This document shows, one piece after another, positions 26,729 through 38,466 of a stretch of 64,000 nucleotides of DNA. The DNA is taken from contig NW_025766581.1 of the NCBI RefSeq assembly GCF_003918875.1, forward strand, positions 1 to 64,000. The letters are read 5' to 3'. The stretch is from Haliotis rubra. Its lineage: Eukaryota. The position numbers and the translations under genes are program-made. Each line of letters starts with the position of its first letter. Within the stretch, counting starts at the first letter, position 1. The notes beneath the pieces were generated by a model. The model was not told the DNA's origin and did not search any database. It was given only the letters and a program-made list of their open reading frames with translations.

Positions 26729-29272
26729 ATGGCAACCGCCGGCCTAGAGAGGAAAGTAAAGGATAATTTCCTGACATGCTCCATCTGCTTGGAGATGTAC
26801 ACAGACCCGTGTACATTGAGCTGTGATCACACATTCTGCAGGAAATGTGCCACTTCATACATCCAAACCAGACCAGATGCTGTACAGTCCAAGACCATTC
26901 CCTGTCCCTGCTGTCGACAAGACACCAAGGTTCCCCACCCCAGCAGGCCGGTGGAGGAGTGGGCGGGGCAGATCAAAGCCAGCATTGTGATACAGGGGCT
27001 GATTGACACCTATAGGTCCGAGGAAGATGTGCAAGGTAGAGTGAAAATATGATATGCGTGAGTGTATGTATTTAAAACTAGTGGTAGATATAACATTGAC
27101 ATCTGTGTGTGATGAACATAAGTATGTTTGTACTTGTGTTTACAGAGACCTCGAGCACCTGTTCTACGATCTGTCAGCAACTAGGGGAAACAACTCCAGG
27201 GGTCTTGTGGTGTCCTGAGTGTGAAGTGGCCCTCTGTGACAAATGTGTGAAGATACACCGAGTGACACCCAATTAATTGAACCATGACCTGTGTGACCTG
27301 TCGTCTAGGTCAAAGGTCAAACGGAGGATTAAGTGTACGGAACACAAGAGTAACCGTGTTGAATTCCACTGTCAAGACTGTGGGAAGGCTGCCTGTCAGA
27401 CATGTTGTATCATCTACCACAGAGCTTGTAAAACTGTCGTCACCATTGGGTCTATGAAGCCAGGGATGAAGGCAGCACTGATGGAGAAGAGACTTGGCAT
27501 GGAGAAGAGAGTGAAAGTGAGGTCGAAGAAAGTAGACATAAGCAACGAGAAGCTCCAAAGTAATTCTAGAATCACAGAGTCAGCTGTTCAAATTATAAGG
27601 TTGATCTGCCAGTCAGCCATTTACAAGATTAAACAGAAAGAAACACATCTCTTGGAAGAACTGAATAACATATCACAGACATACGCCGACCAACCCCGTG
27701 CTGATGTGAAGCTGGAAGAGATCGAGATGCAGATGTACAGACAACATTGTGAGTTTATTGACCAGGCCTTGGTATCGGACTGTGAGATGGACCTGTATGA
27801 CGCGTATCAGGCCTTGGAGTCTGGAGCTGTAGAGATGGAGGATGTCAGGGATACAGAGGCAGCAGCCACCCGGAGCATAGATCACATCCGGTTTACACCT
27901 GACACTGTAAAAGTCCTGAAGGTCCTAGATAGTCTGCAGTTTGGGGACATCGACGTCACATACCAGAACAGATGTCTGTCAACTCCTGTGCTGGTTGCCA
28001 CGAGAGACGGGAGGGTGGCGGATGATGAGAAGCCTGATCTATATGATATGATAAAAAGTCCTGGTTGTAGATGGTGTACAAACATGTGTTGTTACGGACT
28101 ATAATAACATCTGTGTGAAATCGTTCTTCACAAGAAATAATCTTTTATGCCATAGTAAGCTTCCCCTGGATAACTCTCCAAACGGGATAACACAGTTAAA
28201 TGAGAGGCAGGTGATAGTTGCTGTCCTTTTATCCCGTCAGATTGTAACGGTAGAAGGCACCCCTGACGTCATCTGTATGACGCGTATCAGGTCTGGGAGT
28301 CTGGAGCTGTAGAGATTGAGGCTGTCAGAGGTACAGAGGCAGCAGCCACTCGGAGAATAGATCACATCGGGTTTACACCTGACACTGACAACGTCCTGAA
28401 GGTCCTAGATAACCTGCAGTTGGGAGAGATTGACGTCACATACCGGGATCAGGTTACATGTCAGCCATCTCCTGTTCTGGTTGACACGATAGATTCGAAT
28501 GTGGCGAGTGATGAAGAGGAGCCTAATCTATTTTATATGACAGTCCTGGTTGTAGATGGTATACAGACATGTGTTGTTACGGACTGTGATAACATGTGTG
28601 TGACATCTTTCTTCACAAGAAATAATCTTTCATGCCATAGTAAACTTCCCCTGGATAACTCTCTACGTGGGATAACACTGTTGAATGAGAAGCAGGTGAT
28701 GGTTGCTGTCCCTTTATCCCGTCAGATTGTAACGGTAGAAGTGACCCCTGACCTGGTGCTGCTCTCAACCATCACAACACGTACCAAATACTACAGTCTG
28801 GCTGTTCTGAATCCTTCATCTCTAGCAGCAGGTGCTTTGAACTGTGTTGATATCCCGGATATGGCTGGACACGTGTTGAGGTCAATCACTACATACAATG
28901 AAGACTCACTGTTTGCCCGCCCCTGGTACATGTGTGTCAACAACAAGGGCAATCTACTCGTGTCTGACTGTGGTAACAAGTCTGTGACATGTCTGACGTC
29001 AGAGGGGGGATGTTTTATGGAGATACAACCGTACCGGAGACAAGACACTCAGTTACCCTCGTGGTATCACAACTACCAGCACAGGAGACATCCTGTTTGT
29101 AGATATGATCACAGGCAAGGTGATACAGATGACAGAGTCGGGAGAGTTTGTCAGGGAACTGCTCACGTTAGAAGATGGCGATCGGACAGGCATGCGCGAT
29201 ATATTTTGTGATAAATACGGTTTCTTATTTCTATGCACAGACACGGAAGTGAAAGAGTACGTGTTTGTCTGA
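26729..29272 (+). pseudogene. TRIM-NHL copy D; exons 26729-27035 and 27146-29272; nonsense codon, frameshifts and ~480-bp internal duplication
   Basis: TCA>TAA at 27274-27276 in B-box1; frameshift near 28050-28058; jump back at ~28268-28273 repeats the CC/NHL junction; G6 frameshift at ~29004-29009; B-box1 first Cys replaced by Ser. Confidence 0.9.
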
Positions 29273-29936
29273 CATAAAAATCAAAAGAATGAAAGTCAGT
29301 GCAGAGCTGTGGTTTATGACATTCTGTGCATGGTGTTCGTCTGGAATGGCTTGTGTCTTCACCAAAACGTATGGGCATAGCTTTGTCAGTGAATTGCAGA
29401 CATGCAATATTCAAATAGGTCGTTTCCAGCATGAAGTGAAATAGTCCACCAGGTGAAAGATCACCAGCTGTTGAGGAGATTCCTGGGATGACCTAAGCTA
29501 CACAACGACTACTTGATCTTAACAGTGTGCTGAAACAGCTGAAGTATGAAGAAATGCCTAAAGGAAATATTCCTCTCCCTTATCCCTATGATAGACTAAA
29601 GCTAAGATAGAGTCTGGGTATATTATTTGTTTTCGAAAAACGAAGAACATTTTGTGTTGGATAGAATTGAGGAATAATGAACCCGGTGCTGGTTAGGTTT
29701 TTTGTTACTCGGAAGTGTACATGTTTCCGTGTATATGACCACACCAGTGTATGTGTATTTTATATACTTATATGTCAATTAAATAGACGAAATGATGACA
29801 GAATGATCTTTATTTTATACCACCTGTAGTAAACCAGCCCAGTAAGCATTCTAACATCTCTGCTCATGAAACCCTGGTAGCATGGACATATGTATGACAT
29901 TGGATCCAGCAGCACGAAAGAGGGGAGTAAGTTGTT

Positions 29937-30678
29937 TTATTACCCACGTGGTCAATGTATGGGTAGTTGCATATTAATCTCGTACGTCACACGAGTGTCG
30001 TATCGCGTTGACCTGTGTCGTAACGACTTGACCTGAAATTCTAACGATTTGATTGGATAACTGATGACCTCTCAATTAGGTCACATTCTGACGTAACTTA
30101 TTTCCATTCATAACAAACACGTAAATTCATTCATTCTACAACTTAATGCATTGTGGGAATGTAAACATTGCGAACGTTGCCGTGTCGCTGTTTTAATTGT
30201 TAGTCGAACTGAGACATTATATCTGTCGAAAAACATAAACGCAATGTTTCCACCAGTGATGTTAGCCGAATGAAGCAACTGGAAACCAAGAAACGAGGTG
30301 CAAAGGAGTAGTTTACTGTAGGAGGCTGTACGAGGCGATGACAACTGACATGCATCGTGATGTCGGTTACAATGGCAGTGACGTTATTAGTGTGACGTCA
30401 TGCAAATATTGTACTACAGTACAAAACTCTTCCGCAACCTCTTTATGAAAACGTTTTCTGTTTGAAACCAAAAACCTAACAAAAATACCCTATTTTGGCA
30501 ATTTAAATGCATGTAAGACGTGGGTAATAAATAAAATACCACACTCGGTCTCATTACATACGAATTATACGAAACTCGTGACCTTCCTATGTTATCTGAC
30601 CTCGCTTTCGCTATACCATAGGAAGGACACTCGTTTCGTATAATTCCTATGTAATGAGACCGAGTTTAGTATTCTCTA
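29937..30678. mobile_element. Non-autonomous DNA element with inverted TATTACCCACGT motif and long 3' palindrome (Crypton-like by structure); second copy at ~34279-34990
   Basis: tattacccacgt (~29938) versus acgtgggtaata (~30518), then a ~140-bp hairpin (aataccacactcggtctcattacatacgaattatacgaaac ... gtttcgtataattc..gtaatgagaccgag..gtattctcta). Absent from the paralogous spacer at ~55500. Confidence 0.7.
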
Positions 30679-32418
30679 TGTATACAGAGCATGGACATAT
30701 ATATGACATTGGATCCAGCAGCACGTAAGAAGGGAGTAAGTTGTTGTATACAGAGCATGGACGTTTCGTCAGTATGATATCCTGTTTATTTGTTCTCTGG
30801 GGAGATTTTAAGTGAGTTCTCTGATTCAATCAAGAATGACTGGACCTGCAACTATATATAGGAAATGTACTGTGAAGCAGAGAGAGAAAGAGTCAGTTGC
30901 ATCACACCTTTACGTTTCTTTGAATATTACATCACAGTAATCATGCTCATACTTTGCTGAAATATTTTCATCCAACCGAAAAACAGTCCATAAAGAATTA
31001 GATGTGAAACCGACGAAATAAACCAAAGAAATGTGCTTTAATTAATTATTGCAGTTAAGGGTTGACCATGTTTTCAAATCACTGAGGTATGAATCGAAAA
31101 ACCATTGTGCAGAATGTATGCATCCGTATAGAGCAGCGAATTCATACAGTTTGCACATTGTTTTTTATTCATACCTCAGTGAACCGAGAAAAAAGGTACT
31201 CAGTCTATCCTTCTGATTCAATTGTTCCAAAAAAGATATCTACAACACTTTCATAAAAAAGCCCTATATATAAAAGCTGACAGAGAATACGTGAATGAAT
31301 TCATACTGTGGCGTAACGTGTGTAAGGTTATTGTTGTTAATTTATGCACATAACGTCAGTAGCCAATCAGCGGAGAGTAGCATAGGCCGACAGGACCCAT
31401 CAATCACATTAAGAGGCTAGCAGAACTACAAACGTCAGACTGGAACGAACGAACAAACATGTCAGGAAGAAGGTTTCTATTTTACATGAGATGGTCAGGA
31501 ACTGCCAAATTCAAGCATTTGGTTTCCTGAGAACGAGCGGACACATTTTAAAAAATGCTACTTGAGAATAGAACCCTAACACATGTCCTTTGTGTAACTC
31601 AAAATAAACACCAAGACAGCGAGCCTTCAGTCCCTGCAGGAATGTTAATGCATTCCTTTCAGGCTTCTGTATCGAAAGATGGGTGAGTGATCCTGCATAT
31701 ACATGAACATCACTTAAATGTCCTGTACACGATTGACACAGGTAAACAAAAAGGGTTGGTTGGTTGTTTACAGCTGCACTCAGCAATATTCCAGCTATAT
31801 GGTGGCGGTCTGTAAATAATCGAGTCTGGACCAGACAATCCAGTGATCAACAGCATGAGCGTCGATCTTCGCAATAAGAATGACATTTGTCAACCAAGTC
31901 AGCGAGTCTGACCACTCAACCGCCTCTTACGACAAGCATTAGTAGCTAAAGATCAATTTTAACCCGGATCTTCACGGGTCAAACAAAATGGGACTTGCCT
32001 CGATTGTAGATGAGATTCTCTAACAATCTGTAGCAGTAAAAGTAGTCCGTTTTGGTGGGCATTGCTTTGTTCACATTCATTGGGAAATTAATGGAAGAAC
32101 ACGTGACCAGTTCAGCCATAAGGAATGTAGTAACTGCAATGTTCACAAAGAAATTATTCTCAAATTAACTAAGATCACAAATCATTATAAGGGTAGCGCA
32201 GTAGTAGTACAGATTCAAACTCAGTAATAATAGAATCTATGTTCAACAATATTCCTACTTGCAAGAAATACAGAGTTTCCAGGGTACAATGATCATCACA
32301 GACAATGCTTGCCTTCGTACAGCTGTGAAATGTCATATGAGACGAGAGGCAAGAGTTAGCTCCCCTCATATACCGAAGACGAAGACACCAGTGGATTCTC
32401 CAATAACCTATGGGGCTT

Positions 32419-32680
32419 AACATATTTTATATTTGGGATTACACTTTCTTAGTAGAGTACATCTTCTAGTACTTTGTTTATGTTGACTCCCATCCGGGAT
32501 TCGAACCCACACCCTCAGAGTCAGGCACCTAATCGCCAGCACACAAAGTCAGCCGCCTAACTCGCTCATCCACAGTGACTCTGAAGGTGAGCATTCGAAT
32601 CCCGGATGGGACTCAACCCAACAAAAGTACTAAAATCAGTACTTTACTAAGAAAGTGTAATCCCAAGTATAACATATGTT
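32419..32680. mobile_element. MITE-like element with ~105-bp terminal inverted repeats enclosing a tRNA-like (Pol III box) sequence
   Basis: aacatat..tatatttgggattacactttcttagtagagtac...cccatccgggattcgaa...cagagtca is mirrored by tgactctg...ttcgaatcccggatggga...tactaagaaagtgtaatcccaagtataacatatgtt. A half copy lies at 57121-57252. Confidence 0.75.
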
Positions 32681-35600
32681 ACATTTGACCACTTCCTAAA
32701 TGGCATTGTGTTATCATAACCTTTGGATTGTAGTACCGTCGAGTAGCTTCCAGATGTTTGTACATGTATAAATATAGCACACCACTGTCCCTCACTGACT
32801 ATCCACTTGTGTAATGTATTGTACTTAGAACCTTGTATCACAATCACTAACACTACCACATAACACCTGAAAAAAATATCTATGCTTCAAACTCCCGACT
32901 TCAGCGAGTCAGTTTATGAACCCATCTTTTTTATAAATTTCCTGGAGTTGTATTATATTTTGAGCTTTCATTGTTTCCTTCAGAACGACCGCTCCCTCGG
33001 ACACTAGCATGAAGACTGGCGGACGAGTTTGATATTATTAAGTAGAAAGCTCTTTAAACCCCAGTGGAAAGTTTACAGTTTGGTAACAGTGTGGCAGTTA
33101 GGCTTTCCCGAAGATGAAAAACACAAAATAATCATTCGTGACCAACTCGTGTTATTCCGGTACATTACTGTTCTTGGGGCTTACGGAAAGGGGCGATCGG
33201 TGACGAATGACAAAATATTCTGAGTGGACAAAGCGATTTGGTGACATTTAAGCATACTATTTCCTATTTTGAAATTCCTGACGTCAAGGTCCTATTTTGT
33301 GAACATAGTCCCCAACTTTACTTTGTATCCCTGCAATCAGTGAGCTGTTAGTGCTAGGCCATGTTTTAACGGACCATGCCGAATGGCGACGATTTGGGAA
33401 CGGGCGAGTGAGGCCGAGTGCAGCCGAGTGAACGGTTACCAAAGAAAGCGACTCAAACCATTGCTGCAAATCACACCAGGACACGCCTGCCGAAAGGTAG
33501 TTTTTTTAGATACCATTTGATGGTTCTTTAAACGTATATACTGTCAACTGAAACTTTGTAAAACATTATAGTGATGTTAGAAGTATCCAAGCGTCGTGAT
33601 ATCAAAATGACAAATCTTATATGGAGACGTCACCAGCTTTAGCAATAACTTTATTCTCTCCTGGTGGTGTCATGTCACATAGCCCCGACATAGACTCAAT
33701 AGAGACAAAATAACAGAAAATTGATGAAATGGTTCACACATTTGAATAATATGAGTAACAGACAGTTCCATGTTGAATTTCGGCAAAGATATCTACTGAA
33801 CCGTTCCTCTTTAACGATGAGTCAATCTGTACCTAACAACTTGTTGCCAGGGAACGAGCAGATAATGTATACTACCTGTGTTCACTGGGCTGGCGTTACG
33901 TGTCGTAGAACAGACAGCTAGTATATACCCTAAGTTGCGTCGTGTTTGTCTTGATTTGATCACGATATTCTCCCACACGTTGTCTGTTTTCAAACAACAG
34001 ACACAACAATCAGGGATAAATAGTCTCCCTGCAACAACGAACTCTCCTGATAATAAGCCATCAATGTTTGAACACAACACTACGCCCGCTATCAGTATTA
34101 CGATATAAATGATTTCGGGTAAGAATCTGGGCCCTTGGTAAACCCAAGAGACGATTATGTGGATTGGGTGGTCGCGGCCTGTCTCTGTGATTTGGTTACT
34201 GCGTGTCATCGTGTGTAAGTGTACGTGGATCGACGCTCATGATGTCAATCACTGGAATGTCAGGTCCAGACATGAATAATTATTACCCACGTGGTCAATA
34301 TCGCGTTGACCTGTGTCGTAACGACTTGACCTGAGATTCTAACGATTTGATTGGATAGCCCATGACCTCTCAGTTAGGTCACAGTGTGACGGAACTACTT
34401 GTTCATTCATAACAAACACGTAAATTCATTCATTCTACAACTTAAATGCATTGTGGGAATTTAAACATTGCGAACGTTGCCGTGTTGCTGTTTAATTGTG
34501 AGTCGAACTGAGACATTATATCCGTCGAAAAACATAAACGTAATGTTTCCACAAGTTATGTTAGCCGAGTGAAGCAATTGCAAAGGGGTGCTACGGAGTA
34601 GTTTACTGTAGGAGGCTGTAGGAGGATGACAACTGACATGTATCGTGACGTCGGTTACCAAGGGGACAGACGAGAATGGCGTAGCGACGTCAATACAGTG
34701 TGACGTCATGCAAAAGTGATTACAGAACAAAATTCTTCCGCAACCTCTCTATGAAAACGGTTTCGGTTTGAAACCATAAGAATAAAAAAAATACGCTATT
34801 TTGTCAATTTAATGCATGTAAGACGTGGGTAATAAATAAAATACCACACTCGGTCTCATTACATACGAGTTATACGAAACTCGTGACCTTCCTATGGTTT
34901 CTGACCTCGCTTTCGCTCGGTCAGATACCGTAGGAAGGACACTCGTTTCGTATAATTCGTGTCTAATGAGACCTCGTGTAGTATTCTCTATACACCACAT
35001 GCATAATGTGTGCATGTGTGTGTTCTGCTGGCATGTCGGAGACACAGAGGCAATTGACGAGGTACCTTTGGTACAAAAAGCTTGGTTCACTAGGTCTGCT
35101 GCGCCGCGCTTCGACACTGATACCGACAATGGCGACCAATGGCGACCTTCACTACTGGGCGACACGCCATATATTTCTCATAGAAAAAATGAAAACAATG
35201 TCACCCCACATCCCCACTTTGGAGATATCGTTTTGACAGTAGATTTTGTACAAATGCCCTGACAATGCTATGATGTCACGAACTTGATGTCGTCACAATG
35301 CTATGACATCGCTGCACTGCAAGTCTCAGGGTAGTACAGCGTTGAGAGATATTCATTTGTTATTGAAAACTAATGAAGAGTGATTTGGATGATAATTAGA
35401 ATCTCACCCTCGTGTCTTCTGATATCAAATATATCAACACTCGTTGATAAAACTAAAAATATCCTCGGCAAGCCTCTGATACTTGTAACTTTATCAACTC
35501 GTGATATCAGTAGACACTTGGGTGAATATAATGATGTATGTATTTTAATGTAGCGCCAAGAACATTCTTATGAGCGTGGATGTGCGCGCATTATAAATAT

Positions 35601-35850
35601 GTGCAGATACAGTGGCCTGGACACCATGCACTCCAAGTGGCTTAGGTGTCAATGTATGCATGCACGCAAATGGGAGTACACATTCAACCTTGAGTTTAAA
35701 CTTGGTTGGAATGATTGCTCAGGAGGCAGACATACAACGATTCTGCTGGCAATATCTGCGCGTATGTTCAGATCTATCATTGCTGCTTGTACTGAATCTA
35801 ATTAATTTCTATTAAACTAAAAAGGCACAAACTGCATGTGTATCTTACAG

Positions 35851-38466
35851 ATGGCGACCGCCGGGCTAGAGAAGAAAGCAAAAGATAATTTCCTGACGTG
35901 CTCAGGGCGAATGAGGGCGAATCGGGGTTGTGACCCACGTGCACGCGTATGTGGTAGAAATGCTTGGAAATAATGCATCTCGTATGTAATTTTTGAACTA
36001 GAACAGGAACTCGTGAATTTTATAGATGGCGACCGCCGGGCTAGAGAACAAAGTAAAGAATAATTGGCTGACGTGCTCAATCTGCTTGGAGATGTACACA
36101 GACCCATGTACACTGAGGTGTGATCACACATTCTGCAGGAAATGTATCACCTCATACATCCAAATCAGACCTGACGCTGTACAGTCCAAGACCATCCCCT
36201 GTCCCTGCTGTTGACAAGATACCAAGGTTCCCCACCCCAACAGGCCGGTGGAGGAGTGGGCATCATTATAGAGGGGCTGATTGATTCCTATTGGTCCGAG
36301 GAAGATGTGCAAGGTAAATAGTCCTAGGCCAAATGTTAGAAAAGTCCCTATCTTTTAGGATCTCTCAGCAGCAGTAAAAGCGTTATCCAGTACTTGGTAT
36401 GACAACTCCCACCCTCCAGAGATCTTGTCAATGTGGAACTAGACACAGAATGTATCAGGTTGCTGAAAACAAACAAGGATTACCCCGCTGTTGAAACAGT
36501 GTCCACATGTTCATAGACCAACTTCATGAGTATTAACCGCATGGTTTAATGGACGGTGACAAGCAGTGGTGTTCAACATGATCAGGATATGCAGTATTGG
36601 TGATAAGGCCTGGTGTATCATATTACCTGATAATGATGTTATCTCTACATTTGGCCTAGGAGTAGTAAAGTGAAAATATGATATCCGTGTGTGTGTATGT
36701 ATTTAAAACTAGTCGTAGATATAACATTGACATTTGTGTTGTGTGAAAGAAAAACCTACTTCCTTTCGTAGCCTTTTCAAATTGCGATATAAATAGGTAC
36801 ATGTGCACTTGTGTTTACAGAGACCTCAAGCACCTGTTGCACGGACTGTCAGCAACTAGGGGAGACAACTCCAGTAGCCTTGTGGTGTCCTGAGTGTGAA
36901 GTGGTCCTCTGTGACAAATGTGTGAAGATACACCGGGTGACACCCAATTCATTGAACCATGACCTGTGTGACCTGTCGTCAAGGTCAAATGTCAAACGGA
37001 GGATCAAGTGTACGGAACACAAGAGTAACCGTGTTGAGTTCCACTGTCAAGACTGTGGGAAGGCTGCCTGTCAGACATGTTGTATCATCTACCACAGAGC
37101 TTGTAAGGCTGTCGTCACCATTGGGTCTATGAAGCCAGGGATGAAGGCAGCACTGATGGAGAAGAGACTTGGCATGGAGAAAAGACTGAAAGTGAGGTCG
37201 AAGAAAGTAGACATACGAAACGAGAAGCTCCAAAGTAATTCTAGAATCACAGAGTCAGCTGTTCAAAATATTAGGTTGATCTGCCAGACAGCTATTAACA
37301 AGATTAAACAGAAAGAAACACAACTCTTGGATGAACTGAATAACATATCACAGACATACGCCGACCAACTCCGAGCTGATGTGAATCTGGAAGAGATCGA
37401 GATGCAGATGTACAGACAACATTGTGAGTTCATTGACCAGGCCTTGGTGTCGGACTGTGAGATGGACCTGTATGACGCGTATCAGGTCTGGGAGTTTGGA
37501 GCTGTAGAGATGGAGGATGTCAGGGATACAGAGGCAGCAGACACCCGGAGAATAGATGACATCATCTTTACACCAGACACTGACAACGTCCTGAAGGTCT
37601 TAGATAACCTGCAGTTGGGGAAGATTGACGTCACATACCGGGATCAGGGACATGTCAGCCATCTCCAGTGCTGGTTGACACGATAGATGGGAGGGTGTCG
37701 GGTGATGAGGAGGAGCCTTACCTACAAGACGTGACAGTTCTGGTTGTAGATGGTGTACAGACATGTGTTGTTACGGACTATAATAACAAGTGTGTGAAAT
37801 CTTTCTTCACAAGAAATAATCATTCATGCCATAGTAAACTTCCCCTGGATAACTCTCCAAACGGGATAACACAGTTGAATGAGAAGCAGGTGATGGTTGC
37901 TGTCCCTTTATCCCGTCAGATTGTAACGGTAGAAGTGACCCCTGACCTGGTGCTGCTCTCTACCACCAAAACACGTGCCGAATACTACAGTCTGGCTGTT
38001 CTGAATCCTTCCTGTCTAGCAGCAGGTACTTGGGAACGCATGGATATCCTGGACATGGCTGGACACGTGTTGAGGTCTGTCATTACAGAAAAGAAAGCGT
38101 TACTATTTGCCTACCCTGACTACATCTTCGTCACCAACAAGGGCAACCTACTCGTGTCTGACTGGGGGAAGAAGTATGTGACATGTCTGACGTCAGAGGG
38201 GGGATGTTTTATGGAGATACAACCGTACCGGAGACAAGGCACTCGTCTACCCTTGTGGTATCACAACTACCAGCACAGGAGACATCCTGTTTGTAGACAG
38301 AGACACTGACAAGGTGATACAGCTGACAGAGTCGGGAGAGTTTGTCAGGGAGCTGCTCACGTTAGAAGATGGCGGTGAGACAGGCATGTGCGATATATTC
38401 TGTGATAAATACGGTTTCTTATTTCTATGCACAGACACGGAAGTGAAAGAGTACGTGTTTGTCTGA
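35851..38466 (+). pseudogene. TRIM-NHL copy E; duplicated start (35851 and 36026), exon 1 36026-36313, exon 2 36821-38466
   Basis: CGA>TGA at 36212-36214 right after the RING; 19-nt deletion at ~36261; MITE in the intron donor; -1 at ~37650 (gggaca vs gggtaca); G6 +1 at ~38198-38203. The NHL region is nearly identical to copy C. Confidence 0.9.
36319..36664. mobile_element. 346-bp MITE inserted in the 5' splice site of copy E, 5-bp TSD GTAAA
   Basis: TIRs TAGTCCTAGGCCAAATGT / ACATTTGGCCTAGGAGTA (1 mismatch); GTAAA at 36314-36318 and 36665-36669; absent from the introns of C, D, F and G. Confidence 0.9.
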
